DNA of 64,000 nucleotides from Pseudomonadota bacterium (GCA_038745625.1 JBCDLG010000002.1:310-64309), one strand, 5' to 3'. Positions 30,864-40,905 are shown, counted from the first letter of the stretch. Notes: generated by a model from the sequence alone, not told the origin. Numbers and translations are program-made.

Positions 30864-32252
30864 ATGCGCTATTTTCCAGCGTTTATGGATTTAGATGGTG
30901 CCACCGTTCTTTTGAGCGGCGGCGGCGAATTGGCACTGCGGAAAGCACGGCTCTTGCTCCCTTCCGGCGCGAGGATCGTGGCCTATAACGCATCACAGGA
31001 TGGTCCACTGGCGCACGAGCTGGGTGGACAAGTGATCCTACGCGCGGCGCCGATGGAAGACGAAGCCTTTGCAGATCACCCCAAATTGATCGTCGCGGCG
31101 ACGGGCGATGAGGCGGAGGATGAGCGGGTGGCGAAGCTCGGCCGCGCGCATGGCGTCCCGGTCAACGCTGTCGACATGCCTCACCTTTGTGATGTCGTGA
31201 TCCCATCGATCGTCGATCGCGGTGACCTGGTCGTTGGGATTTCGACGGGCGGTGCGGCTCCTGTGGTCGGCCGCCGTCTGCGCGAGAAGCTTGAGGCGCT
31301 GCTGCCGAAGCGGTTCGGCGAGGTGATCAGCTTTGCCAAAGCGCGCCGCAAGATCGTTTCGGACGCGATAGAGCCGAGCAATCGCCGGAGCTTCTGGGAG
31401 CGCTTCTTTGAAGGCCCTGCCGCCGAGGCGATTCTCGCGGGTGACGAGGCCTCAGCGGAGCGCGCCTTTGATGCTGCCCTCAGGGCGCCGGTGCAGCCCG
31501 GCCATGTCCATATTGTCGGTGCGGGACCGGGCGATCCGGAACTTCTGACCCTCAAGGCGCTGCGCGTCTGCCAGGAGGCCGATGTCATTCTCTATGACAA
31601 TCTCGTCTCGGATGGCGTCTTGGAGCTTTGCCGCCGCGATGCTGAGCGCATTTACGTCGGCAAGAAACGAGCGCAGCACGCGCTGCCCCAGCCGCAGATT
31701 GGCGCGCTGATGGCGGAGCTGGCTCGGGACGGAAAACGCGTTGTGCGCCTGAAAGGCGGGGATCCGTTTATCTTTGGCCGCGGCGGTGAGGAGCTTGACG
31801 CTCTGCGCGCCGAAGGCATCACCGCCACGGTGGTGCCGGGGATTTCCTCCGCTCTTGGATGTGCGGCGTCAGCTGAAGTGCCGCTGACCCATCGCGGGCT
31901 CAGCCAGGCGGTGACCTTTGTCACCGCTGAGGCGGGCGGCGGCGGAACGCCCGATGTCGATTGGCAGGCCCTCGCCCAGCTCGGCGGCACTATCGTCGTC
32001 TTCATGGGTGTGCGCCGCGCGGGCGATGTGGGCAGCGCGCTGATCGAAGGCGGCCTTGCGGCTGCCACGCCGATCGCTGTTGTTGCCAACGGAACGTTGC
32101 CGAACGAACGCATCGTGCGCGGAGAGCTCGGCCGCCTGGGCGACGCAGCCGCTCAGATCGCGGCACCGGCGCTTCTTGTTATCGGTGACGTTGCCGCCAA
32201 GGCGCGCGGTGACGAGCTCGATGCGCTTCTTGCTGCGCAGGAGGCCGCATGA
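30864..32252 (+). CDS. cysG: Siroheme synthase
   Basis: MRYFPAF, VNAVD, VGAGPGDPELLT, RLKGGDP, VPGISS. Confidence 0.96.
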   Translation: MRYFPAFMDLDGATVLLSGGGELALRKARLLLPSGARIVAYNASQDGPLAHELGGQVILRAAPMEDEAFADHPKLIVAATGDEAEDERVAKLGRAHGVPVNAVDMPHLCDVVIPSIVDRGDLVVGISTGGAAPVVGRRLREKLEALLPKRFGEVISFAKARRKIVSDAIEPSNRRSFWERFFEGPAAEAILAGDEASAERAFDAALRAPVQPGHVHIVGAGPGDPELLTLKALRVCQEADVILYDNLVSDGVLELCRRDAERIYVGKKRAQHALPQPQIGALMAELARDGKRVVRLKGGDPFIFGRGGEELDALRAEGITATVVPGISSALGCAASAEVPLTHRGLSQAVTFVTAEAGGGGTPDVDWQALAQLGGTIVVFMGVRRAGDVGSALIEGGLAAATPIAVVANGTLPNERIVRGELGRLGDAAAQIAAPALLVIGDVAAKARGDELDALLAAQEAA

Positions 32253-32596
32253 CCGCTCCTGTCAAAATCGCCGCTGGCGGCGTCAAAAAGGGCAAGAACA
32301 CCGGTATCAAGGTGATCACCGCCAATGATCTTTTCTCTGGCGAGGTGATCTATTGGAAGGCGGATGGTTCTTGGACGGAGGACCTCGTCTCCGCTGTGAT
32401 CCTTGAAGGTGACGCTGCGCTCGAGGCGCTTCAAAAAGCCGCCGCAGACGAGTCGCGCGCGGTTGGCCCTTATCTTATGGATGTCGAGGCCAATCACACA
32501 CCGTCGGGCCGAGGCCGCTTGCGGGAAGAAATTCGAGATGCGGGCCCGACCATTCATCCGCAATTTGGCCGTCAGGCCCAAAGAGGTGTATACTGA
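32249..32596 (+). CDS. DUF2849 protein
   Basis: VITANDLFSGEVIYW, VGPYLMDV, REEIRDAGPT; conserved position before cysI. Confidence 0.9.
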   Translation: MTAPVKIAAGGVKKGKNTGIKVITANDLFSGEVIYWKADGSWTEDLVSAVILEGDAALEALQKAAADESRAVGPYLMDVEANHTPSGRGRLREEIRDAGPTIHPQFGRQAQRGVY

Positions 32597-34269
32597 TGTA
32601 TCAGTATGATGACATCGACAAAGCCATGGTGAAAGACCGGGTGGCGGAGTTCCGCCGCCAGGTCGATCGCCGCATCTCAGGCGATATCACTGAGGATGAG
32701 TTCAAGCCGATGCGGCTGATGAACGGCCTCTATTTGCAGCTTCACGCCTACATGCTCCGGGTGGCGATCCCCTACGGTACGCTGTCGTCGGATCAACTGC
32801 GGGTGCTCGCCTCCATCGCCCGTGACTATGACAAAGGCTATGGTCATGTCAGCACACGGCAGAATATGCAGTTCAACTGGCCCAAGCTGATTGACACGCC
32901 GGATATTCTCGACCGCCTCGCCGATGCTGAGATGCACGCCATCCAGACGTCCGGCAATTGCATCCGCAACACAACGACCGACCCGTTTGCGGGTGCGGCC
33001 GCAGGCGAGGTCGAGGACCCGCGGATCACGTGCGAGATTATTCGTCAGTGGTCGACATTTCACCCTGAGTTTTCGTTCCTGCCGCGCAAATTCAAAATCG
33101 CGGTGAGCGCCACCGAGGAGGATCGCGCGGCGATTGCTGTCCATGACATCGGTCTGCAGATGATCCGTAATGATGCCGGCGAGCCGGGCTTCAAGGTGCT
33201 GGTCGGTGGTGGCCAGGGGCGGACGCCCTATATCGCTGAGGAGATTCGCGAGTTCCTGCCGCAGGCGGAACTTCTTTCCTATCTCGAAGCGATTTTGCGC
33301 GTCTACAACGTCCACGGACGACGTGATAATATCTACAAGGCACGGATCAAGATCCTGGTGAACGAGATGGGCGTCGAAGATTTCCGCGTCGCTGTTGAGC
33401 GTGAGTTCGACGGTTTCCGCGCTATGGGCCCAGCCGGGAGCATCGACCTGCCCGAGGCGGAGCGTGCGCGGATCGCGCAGTATTTCGAGGCACCCGCTTT
33501 TGAGGCGCTACCGGAGACCAGTGACGCGTTTGAGAAGGCCAAAGCGAGCGATCCGCTTTTTGCGGCTTGGGCGCGCTTCAACCTTCATCCGCATAAAGAG
33601 GCTGGCTATGTGTCGGCGACGATCTCGTTGAAACCCAATGATGAGCCGCCTGGCGATGTGACCGCGGATCAAATGGATGCGCTGGCCGCGATTGCGGACC
33701 ATTATGGCTTTTCGGACATTCGCACGACCCATGAGCAGAACATGGTGCTGCCGCATCTGAAGCTCGATGATCTTTATGCGGTGTGGCAGGCCTTAGAGGC
33801 GGCCGGTCTTGGATCAGCCAATGCGGGCCTCATTTCCGATATCATTGCCTGCCCCGGTCTCGACTATTGCAACCTCGCCAACACCCGCTCGATCCCGGTG
33901 GCGAACCGGATCCAGTCCCGCTTTGCCGACCCTCGGCGTCAGGCGGAGATCGGTGAGCTGAAGATCAAGATTTCTGGCTGCATCAATGCCTGCGGGCACC
34001 ACCATGTCGGCCATATCGGCATTCTCGGCGTCGATAAAAAGGGCGAGGAGTTCTATCAGCTCACCCTCGGCGGCAGTGCTGATGAGGATGCAGCGATTGG
34101 CGAGATTGTTGGCCGTGGTCTGTCCACAGACGATGTCGTCAACGCCGTCGAACGGGTGGTCGACTCCTATCTTGCCCTGAGGCTTAGCCCGGATGAGCGG
34201 TTCATTGATGCCTATCGTCGTCTCGGTGCGGAGCCTTTCAAGGAGGCGCTTTATGACAAAGCTGCTTAG
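32596..34269 (+). CDS. cysI: Sulfite/nitrite reductase hemoprotein
   Basis: YMLRVAIPYG, TSGNCIRN, LPRKFKIA, ACPGLDYC, ISGCINACG. Confidence 0.95.
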   Translation: MYQYDDIDKAMVKDRVAEFRRQVDRRISGDITEDEFKPMRLMNGLYLQLHAYMLRVAIPYGTLSSDQLRVLASIARDYDKGYGHVSTRQNMQFNWPKLIDTPDILDRLADAEMHAIQTSGNCIRNTTTDPFAGAAAGEVEDPRITCEIIRQWSTFHPEFSFLPRKFKIAVSATEEDRAAIAVHDIGLQMIRNDAGEPGFKVLVGGGQGRTPYIAEEIREFLPQAELLSYLEAILRVYNVHGRRDNIYKARIKILVNEMGVEDFRVAVEREFDGFRAMGPAGSIDLPEAERARIAQYFEAPAFEALPETSDAFEKAKASDPLFAAWARFNLHPHKEAGYVSATISLKPNDEPPGDVTADQMDALAAIADHYGFSDIRTTHEQNMVLPHLKLDDLYAVWQALEAAGLGSANAGLISDIIACPGLDYCNLANTRSIPVANRIQSRFADPRRQAEIGELKIKISGCINACGHHHVGHIGILGVDKKGEEFYQLTLGGSADEDAAIGEIVGRGLSTDDVVNAVERVVDSYLALRLSPDERFIDAYRRLGAEPFKEALYDKAA

Positions 34270-34651
34270 GCTGAGCGACGGCGCCATGGTTGATGCGCCG
34301 GTCGGGGACGTGCTCGACATCGCCCATGATCAGGATATCATGGCTGAAGCGCCGGCACTCGATGGCGTCGCCGCGGTGCGTCTCATTTTTCCGAAGTTCA
34401 AAGATGGCCGCGCCTTCAGCCAGGCACGGGTGCTCCGGACACGATATGGTTTCACAGGCGAGATCCGCGCGAGCGGTGATCTTCTTCCTGACCAGGCCGC
34501 TTTTGCGCGGCGGGTGGGCATCGACACGGTTGAGGATATCAAGGCCGAACGGCTCGAGGATTTCCATTTCGCCCTCAAGGCGTACCGGTTCGCCTATCAG
34601 CCTGCGGAGCATGGTGCGCCAGCACACAGCCTGCGAGGCGGCACTCAATGA
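34253..34651 (+). CDS. DUF934 protein
   Basis: FPKFKDGRAFSQARVLR.RYGFTGEIRASGD. Confidence 0.92.
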   Translation: MTKLLRLSDGAMVDAPVGDVLDIAHDQDIMAEAPALDGVAAVRLIFPKFKDGRAFSQARVLRTRYGFTGEIRASGDLLPDQAAFARRVGIDTVEDIKAERLEDFHFALKAYRFAYQPAEHGAPAHSLRGGTQ

Positions 34652-35370
34652 CGGCGCAAGTGATCCCGATGCGCCATGGCGGCGTTGATCCTGAAGACAG
34701 GGCAGCGGAGCTGGCGCGGCAATTCATCGGCGCGCGTGCTGAGGACATTCTTGAGCACGCGATCAATCACGCGTTTTTGGACGAGATTGCGCTCGTCAGC
34801 TCCTTCGGTGCGGAATCGGCGGTGCTGCTGCACCTGGTGAGCCGGGTGAACCCTGGCACACCGGTGGTTTTCCTTGAAACCCAGAAGCACTTTGCTCAGA
34901 CGATCAGCTACCGGAAGAAGCTCTCAGCGCAACTTGGCCTCACCGATGTCCGGGATATCAAACCTGCTACGGAGGAAGTGGCGGCTGAGGACCCCGGCGG
35001 CGATCTCTGGCGCCGGGACACTGATGCCTGTTGTAACTTGCGCAAAGTGCGACCGCTCAAAGGTGCGCTTGATGGGTTTGATGCTTGGATCACGGGTCGC
35101 AAGGCGTTCCACAGCGAGGGCAGGGCGCTGCTTCCGACCTTTGAGTGGAACGGCACCCATTTCAAAGTGAACCCGATCGTCAGTTGGTCCCCGGACGATG
35201 TCAGCGCTTATGTCGAGGCCCATGACCTGCCGCCGCATCCGCTGATGGCGCAGGGCTACCCTTCGATTGGCTGCTGGCCCTGCACCCAACCGGTGGCGGA
35301 GGGCGATGACGTCCGCGCCGGTCGCTGGCGCGGCCAGGCCAAGACCGAATGCGGTATCCACGTCCGCTAA
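34648..35370 (+). CDS. cysH: Assimilatory (P)APS reductase, Fe-S (APS-type) signature
   Basis: SSFG, DACC..RKV, GYPSIGCWPCT, ECGIH. Confidence 0.95.
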   Translation: MTAQVIPMRHGGVDPEDRAAELARQFIGARAEDILEHAINHAFLDEIALVSSFGAESAVLLHLVSRVNPGTPVVFLETQKHFAQTISYRKKLSAQLGLTDVRDIKPATEEVAAEDPGGDLWRRDTDACCNLRKVRPLKGALDGFDAWITGRKAFHSEGRALLPTFEWNGTHFKVNPIVSWSPDDVSAYVEAHDLPPHPLMAQGYPSIGCWPCTQPVAEGDDVRAGRWRGQAKTECGIHVR

Positions 35371-35425
35371 GGCGCCCCGGCGGCACCACCTTGCGGTCGC
35401 CTCGCTGGAGGCTTAGCTCGGAGGG

Positions 35426-35797
35426 ATGGGTCAAGCACATCGCACCGCCAAAGGACCATCCCAGCGCCAGCTGCGCGCAGGCGAGCTGGTTCGCCATGAA
35501 CTTGCGCAGATGTTTCAGCGCGAGGAGGTCCATGATGACCGCCTCACCGGGCGCAATGTGACCGTGACGGAGGTCGCAGCCTCCCCAGACCTCAAACAAG
35601 CGACGGTCTATGTCACCACGCTTGGGGGATTTGAGGTCGAGGAAACCGTGACCGCCTTGCGGGAGTCGGCATCGAAAATTCGCGGCGTCCTGGCGCCGAA
35701 GCTGTCGATGAAGTTCATCCCGCAGCTTCGCTTTGAAAAAGATGAGAGTTTTGACCGCGCAGATCGGATCACCGAACTGTTGAAAGGAAATTCCTAG
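35426..35797 (+). CDS. rbfA: Ribosome-binding factor A
   Basis: RQLRAGELVR, VTEV..SPDLKQATVY, KFIPQLRF..DESFD. Confidence 0.95.
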   Translation: MGQAHRTAKGPSQRQLRAGELVRHELAQMFQREEVHDDRLTGRNVTVTEVAASPDLKQATVYVTTLGGFEVEETVTALRESASKIRGVLAPKLSMKFIPQLRFEKDESFDRADRITELLKGNS

Positions 35798-35883
35798 CGC
35801 TCACCCCTTCGAATTGTTAATATAGGGTTGATTGCTGGGCTGGCAGACGCAACAACGTTGAGGCGACGTTTGTCTGACGGAGG

Positions 35884-36273
35884 GTGGAGATGTTTTTCAA
35901 ACGTAAGAACCGTGACGATGACTTGGATGCTCAAGAAGAGTTCGAAGTCATCAAGGCAACCGTCGAAGGCACACAGCCGGAAGCCGTTGAAGAGCCTGAG
36001 CGTTCGATGACGGGCACCGCTGTTGCGCCGATTTCGAGCGAGGCGACCATTCGCCTGTTCCCGGGCTTTGAGCGCGAAGATTTCGAAGTGGGTTTTGCCG
36101 CTGACGTGAGCGCGCCGGCCCTGGTGATGCGCTGGAAGGACGGCGGCTCGTGGTTCACGATGCCGGCGATGTTCAACCGTGCTGTTCTCACCGCGATGGA
36201 CGAGAAAGAAAGCGCCAACGACCTGACCCGTCTTCTCCGCAGCTACGGTTACGACGTCGACGTCCAGGCATAA
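35884..36273 (+). CDS. Hypothetical acidic protein
   Basis: Strong RBS (GGGTGGAG), own upstream AT-rich region and downstream terminator; family not recognised. Confidence 0.75.
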   Translation: MEMFFKRKNRDDDLDAQEEFEVIKATVEGTQPEAVEEPERSMTGTAVAPISSEATIRLFPGFEREDFEVGFAADVSAPALVMRWKDGGSWFTMPAMFNRAVLTAMDEKESANDLTRLLRSYGYDVDVQA

Positions 36274-36307
36274 GCGCGCGGGGGCGCAACATCCTCTTGA
36301 CGGAACG

Positions 36308-36340
36308 AGGCCGGTGGGTAGACCCCCGGCCTTTTCTTTT
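36308..36340 (+). terminator. Rho-independent terminator overlapping a possible truB promoter
   Basis: AGGCCGG..CCGGCCT stem plus TTTCTTTT; TTGACG-N16-TAGACC at 36297-36324. Confidence 0.65.
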
Positions 36341-36352
36341 GCCTGAGGAGGC

Positions 36353-37318
36353 GTGATGGCACGGCGTAAAAAGGGTCGGCGGGTGCATGGCTGGCTGGTG
36401 CTCGACAAACCCTACGATTATGGATCGACCGAGGCCGTTTCGCGCATGAAATGGTTCGGTGAGGCCCAGAAAGCGGGCCATGCGGGCACGCTCGATCCGC
36501 TCGCGACGGGCATCCTGCCGATCGCCTTTGGCGAGGCGACCAAGACCGTGCCTTTCGTCCAAGACGGCGCGAAGACCTATCGCTTCACCGCGCGCTGGGG
36601 CGAGCGCACGGCCACCGATGACCGCGAGGGCGAGGTCGTCGAGACCAGCGATGTCCGGCCGACCAGGGATGCGATCGAGGCCGCATTGCCTGCTTTCGAA
36701 GGCACGATCGAGCAGCGCCCGCCCGCTTTCTCGGCCATCCTGGTCAATGGCGAGCGTGCCTATGATCTGGCGCGGGATGGGCAGGCCCCGGAACTGGAGC
36801 CGCGCACGGTGGAGATCGAGAGCTTCGATTTGGTCGAGCAGCCCGATGCGGATCACGCCGTCTTCGAGGCGGTGGTCGGCAAAGGCACCTATGTTCGCGC
36901 TCTGGTGCGTGATCTTGCTGAGGCGCTGGGTACGGTGGCCCATGTCAGCCAACTTCGACGGACCCAGGTCGGCCCGTTTGGCGAGGACGACGCGGTCACC
37001 ATGGAAGAGGTCACGGGTCACGCCGCCACCGAACGGATCGGCGCCGAGGCACGGGATCACGACCGCTTCGATGAGTGTCTGGTGCCGCTCAGTGACGCGC
37101 TTGCTGACTATCCCAAAGAGAAGGTGAACGCGGGCGAGGCCAACCGCTTACGATCGGGACAGGGGATTGTGCTCGCGCCGCCGCGCGCAAAGACTCTTCG
37201 GGCCGGAGAACGGGGTGCTCTCGATGCCGTTCTTGCCGAAGACGACGCGGGCGCGGTGGCGCTTTGCAAGCTTGAGGGGCTGACGCTCGCCCCCACCAAG
37301 GTGTTCCAGCTGAACTAA
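36353..37318 (+). CDS. truB: tRNA pseudouridine(55) synthase
   Basis: LDKP, KAGHAGTLDPLATG, QRPPAFSA, GKGTYVRAL, LRRTQVGPF. Confidence 0.97.
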   Translation: MMARRKKGRRVHGWLVLDKPYDYGSTEAVSRMKWFGEAQKAGHAGTLDPLATGILPIAFGEATKTVPFVQDGAKTYRFTARWGERTATDDREGEVVETSDVRPTRDAIEAALPAFEGTIEQRPPAFSAILVNGERAYDLARDGQAPELEPRTVEIESFDLVEQPDADHAVFEAVVGKGTYVRALVRDLAEALGTVAHVSQLRRTQVGPFGEDDAVTMEEVTGHAATERIGAEARDHDRFDECLVPLSDALADYPKEKVNAGEANRLRSGQGIVLAPPRAKTLRAGERGALDAVLAEDDAGAVALCKLEGLTLAPTKVFQLN

Positions 37319-37337
37319 GTCGTCAGTCTAAAGAGCG

Positions 37338-37622
37338 CTACGCCGGGTCTTCCTCATAGAAGCCCGCTTCGATCAGCGTTTTAAGCGCATCAAGCGCTGC
37401 GCCCGCGTCATCGCCTTCGGCTTTTAGCTGTACGCTTGAGCCCTTGCCCGCGCCCAGCATCAAGAGCGCCATCAGTGACCTGGCCCCCACCGTGGTGCCG
37501 TCCTTACTGACGGTCATCTTAGCACTGAATTTTGCCGCTTCTTCACAGATCTTGGAGGCAGCGCGTGCATGAAGCCCTCGGACATTGACGATGGTGACCG
37601 ACGCTTCCGCCACCTCGCTCAT
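37338..37622 (-). CDS. ptsH: HPr/NPr phosphocarrier
   Basis: NVRGLHARAAS (His15), GARSLMALLMLGA (Ser46). Confidence 0.93.
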   Translation of the reverse strand: MSEVAEASVTIVNVRGLHARAASKICEEAAKFSAKMTVSKDGTTVGARSLMALLMLGAGKGSSVQLKAEGDDAGAALDALKTLIEAGFYEEDPA

Positions 37623-38038
37623 TCGCTGGCCTCTTCGCCTTTGAGAACCCAAGAGGCGACGTTGATATATTTCCGACCGGCGTCATGGGCGTCTTTGACG
37701 GCGTCGGCGATAGCCGTCTTCTCGCGATAGGCTTGCGGCGCCAATTTGATCAGCATGGGAAGATTAACTCCAGCGATCACTTCGCTCTTGGCCTCCTCCA
37801 TCACCGCGATGGCGAGATTGGAGGGTGTGCCGCCGAACATATCGGTGAGGATGATGGCGCCATTGTCGCCGCCTGCTTCCTTCGCGGCGCGGACGATATC
37901 ACGGCGGCGCTTTTCCATATCATCGTCAGCGCCAATGCACACCGACCGGAGGCCCTGCTGCGGCCCCACAACGTGAAGTGCTGCGAGAAGAAGCTCTTTG
38001 GCCAGATTGCCGTGGGTGACGACAACGATCCCAATCAT
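37619..38038 (-). CDS. PTS EIIA component, mannose/fructose type
   Basis: IGIVVVTHG, LTDMFGGTPSN, AGVNLPMLIK. Confidence 0.93.
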   Translation of the reverse strand: MIGIVVVTHGNLAKELLLAALHVVGPQQGLRSVCIGADDDMEKRRRDIVRAAKEAGGDNGAIILTDMFGGTPSNLAIAVMEEAKSEVIAGVNLPMLIKLAPQAYREKTAIADAVKDAHDAGRKYINVASWVLKGEEASE

Positions 38039-38046
38039 GCTGGTCC

Positions 38047-38514
38047 TCAAATGGTGGTCGGTCCGGGCTCAAAACCGCACCACAGAGACTGCCCGGATGC
38101 AAGAGACCTGAGCGCCAATCTGAGGGCCGCGGCGTTGGCGCCGTCTGGCTCCACCGGAACCGTCTGTGCACCCAAAAGCGCCGCTTCCTTGCCCATGGTC
38201 GTTTCCTGCTCATCATCAACCGGCCCGAGGGTGACGATGAAGTCGATTGCCATCGGCGGCGCGCCGCGGACCTTGGCGATGCCAACCCCGCGCAAATGGA
38301 GGAGCGGCCCGGCCTCGGGCGCCACGGCCCAGCCGCAGCTATCAAAGGTGATGATATCGTCAGCGATGAGCCCCGTGCGCTGATGAGGACAATGGGCGAT
38401 CAGCTCCGCGGCGAGCCGGGACTTCCCGCTCCCCGGCGGTCCGACAAGCAGCACCCCGCGCAAGGGGCCTTCGAGATCCAGTGCCACACCAATCGCGGTG
38501 CCGTGCAGCGCCAT
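38047..38514 (-). CDS. hprK: Short HPr kinase/phosphorylase
   Basis: LHGTAI, GVLLVGPPGSGKS, LIADD; position after chvG. Confidence 0.85.
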   Translation of the reverse strand: MALHGTAIGVALDLEGPLRGVLLVGPPGSGKSRLAAELIAHCPHQRTGLIADDIITFDSCGWAVAPEAGPLLHLRGVGIAKVRGAPPMAIDFIVTLGPVDDEQETTMGKEAALLGAQTVPVEPDGANAAALRLALRSLASGQSLWCGFEPGPTTI

Positions 38515-40181
38515 CAGGCAGAGCCGCCCTTATGGATCGGGATTTCAACGGAAAAACAGGCGCCGGTCGCGTCAGGATTGTCGGGATCCTTGACGTTGTC
38601 ACACCAGACGTAGCCGCCATGACTTTTGACGATTTGCCGTGCGATCGCGAGACCCAAGCCTGAATTCGAGCCGAACGTCGCCCCATCCGGCCGCGAGGTG
38701 TAAAACCGGTTGAAGATACTCTCGAGGTTCTCCTCGGGCACGCCAGGTCCTTCGTCGGTAACGGTCAGCAGGAGAAGACCCTGGCGGTGTCCGTCATCTT
38801 TCTCAAGGGCCACAGTGACGGCGCCATTTTTCGGGCTGAAGCTTATGGCGTTATCGACGAGGTTGCGGATCACCCGGCCAAAGGCGCTGGGGGTCGCAAA
38901 GATCTTCGGGTCGTCCTCGGTGTCGTTCCAAAAATTGACGATTGGGCCGCCTGCGTCGGTGACGGCTTTGTAGGAGTTGGTGACATCGCTGATCAGCTGC
39001 GCGGCGCTGATCACCCGGCGCTCTTCGGTGGCGAGCTGGGCATCGAGCCTAGAGGCGCTGGAGATGTCGGAGATCAGCCGGTCGAGGCGATCGACATCGT
39101 TGCTGATCACCTCAAGGAGCCGCTCGCGCTGGGTGTCCGTTTTGCACTTATCGAGTGTTTCGACCGCGCTTCGCAGCGATGTGAGCGGGTTTTTCATCTC
39201 GTGGCTCACATCGGCGGCGAAGCTATCGATGTTCTCAATGCGTTCGACCAGCGCCGCGGTCATGGCACGGAACGACCGGCTGAGGCGGCCCACCTCGTCA
39301 GGACGGTGATCAAAATCGGGGATCCGTACCCGTCCTGCGCGCCCGACCGAGGCGGCGATCCGGTCCGCGGCAATCGACAGCTCACGGATCGGTTGCGAGA
39401 CGGCCGCTGTCAAGATTAGGGCGGAGATGGATGCCGTTGCCAGGGTGAGGATCACCACCGGCAAGAGGGCGCGGCGCACGCGTTGGCTGGCCACTTCGAA
39501 GTCCCGCGTCTCTGCCACCAAAGCGCCTGTGATGGCCCCTGTGTCTTTGTCGGTGATGGGTAGGCTGATGGTTGCGGTGAGGACGCCATTTTCCGAGAGC
39601 CGCAGCGAGCTCACATCCGTGCCCTCTGCGAGGACGGGTGCGGCGAGTTCATCCTCAAGCGTGCGTTCGGTGGCCCGCTCGCGCAAGGGCGCATCAAAGA
39701 TCCATGTCTCGAGCCGCGAGGCGAGGCTGCGGGAGAGATCGCTCGGCAGCGCTTGCGCAGGCAGCGCGTCGGGGATCGGCTGCGCCTTGGGGGCGTAGTC
39801 GCCGGCGACCTCGGTTTCAGCGATGAGCGCCGGGCGGCCGCCGACGCCTTGATAAAGCGCAATGCGTCCCTCGAACCCGATCGCAGCATCCAGCAGCACC
39901 TGGCCAGCGCGATCTGGGTTCTCGAAACATCCACGTCCCCCGCACACCCGGTCATGTTCGATCAGTGTACGGGCGAAAACCGCTTGGCGCTCAAGCAGCT
40001 CCATCTGGTTGGTGACCAAGGCATCGCGATAGGCGCCAAGCCCCATGGCGCCTAAGACCAGGAGGATCAGCCCGATCGTGTTGCCGAGAATAAGCGCCGC
40101 GCCGAACCGGCTGGGCCGTGCCACATAAGACGCAAACCCGCGCCATTGCTGACGCGGGGCCTCCCGCCGCGTGGCCCGCAT
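38514..40181 (-). CDS. chvG: ChvG/ExoS sensor histidine kinase
   Basis: Two TM helices, HAMP (RPDEVGRLSRSF), FAADVSHEMKNPLTSLRSAVE, FNRFYTSRP, NSGLGLAI; start approximate. Confidence 0.93.
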   Translation of the reverse strand: MRATRREAPRQQWRGFASYVARPSRFGAALILGNTIGLILLVLGAMGLGAYRDALVTNQMELLERQAVFARTLIEHDRVCGGRGCFENPDRAGQVLLDAAIGFEGRIALYQGVGGRPALIAETEVAGDYAPKAQPIPDALPAQALPSDLSRSLASRLETWIFDAPLRERATERTLEDELAAPVLAEGTDVSSLRLSENGVLTATISLPITDKDTGAITGALVAETRDFEVASQRVRRALLPVVILTLATASISALILTAAVSQPIRELSIAADRIAASVGRAGRVRIPDFDHRPDEVGRLSRSFRAMTAALVERIENIDSFAADVSHEMKNPLTSLRSAVETLDKCKTDTQRERLLEVISNDVDRLDRLISDISSASRLDAQLATEERRVISAAQLISDVTNSYKAVTDAGGPIVNFWNDTEDDPKIFATPSAFGRVIRNLVDNAISFSPKNGAVTVALEKDDGHRQGLLLLTVTDEGPGVPEENLESIFNRFYTSRPDGATFGSNSGLGLAIARQIVKSHGGYVWCDNVKDPDNPDATGACFSVEIPIHKGGSA

Positions 40182-40209
40182 GGGGCGCGCGTGCCGGGTG
40201 CGCGAGGTG

Positions 40210-40905
40210 TTAGTCGCACTTATATTTGTAGCCCACGCCATAAAGTGTCTCGATACCGTCGAAGCTTTGGTCGACGACGCGGAATTTCTTCCGTATCCGT
40301 TTGATATGGCTGTCGATGGTCCGATCATCGACATAGACCTGGTCGTCATACGCTGCGTCCATCAGCGCGTCGCGGGATTTGACGAAGCCAGGGCGGGCGG
40401 CGAGGGCCTGGAGGATCAAAAACTCCGTGACCGTCAGGGTGACGCGCTCACCTTTCCAGCTGCAGGCGTGCTGCGGCGGGTCGAGGGTGAGGCTGCCGCG
40501 GCGCATGATCTGGTTCTGCTCGTCGCGGGCCTCGTTCGGCGCGGTGGTCGCGCGACGGAGGACGGCTTTGACGCGCTCAAGCAGCAGGCGCTGGCTGAAC
40601 GGCTTTCGGACATAGTCGTCCGCGCCCATGGTCAGGCCGAGGGCCTCGTCGATCTCGTCGTCTTTGGAGGTCAGAAAGATGAACGGAACGGAGCTGTCCT
40701 GGCGCAAGCGGCGCAAGAGCTCGACCCCGTCCATGCGCGGCATTTTAATGTCAGAAACAATCAGATCGGGTGATTTACCAAGAATGCCGTCCAGCGCCGA
40801 CGCCCCATCCGTGAAGGTGGTGACGCCATAGCCTTCAGCCTCCAACGCGATGGAGACTGAGGTCAGGATGTTCTCGTCATCATCGATCAAAGCGATGGAC
40901 GCCAT
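40210..40905 (-). CDS. chvI: ChvI response regulator
   Basis: [54 protein letters not shown]. Confidence 0.96.
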   Translation of the reverse strand: MASIALIDDDENILTSVSIALEAEGYGVTTFTDGASALDGILGKSPDLIVSDIKMPRMDGVELLRRLRQDSSVPFIFLTSKDDEIDEALGLTMGADDYVRKPFSQRLLLERVKAVLRRATTAPNEARDEQNQIMRRGSLTLDPPQHACSWKGERVTLTVTEFLILQALAARPGFVKSRDALMDAAYDDQVYVDDRTIDSHIKRIRKKFRVVDQSFDGIETLYGVGYKYKCD

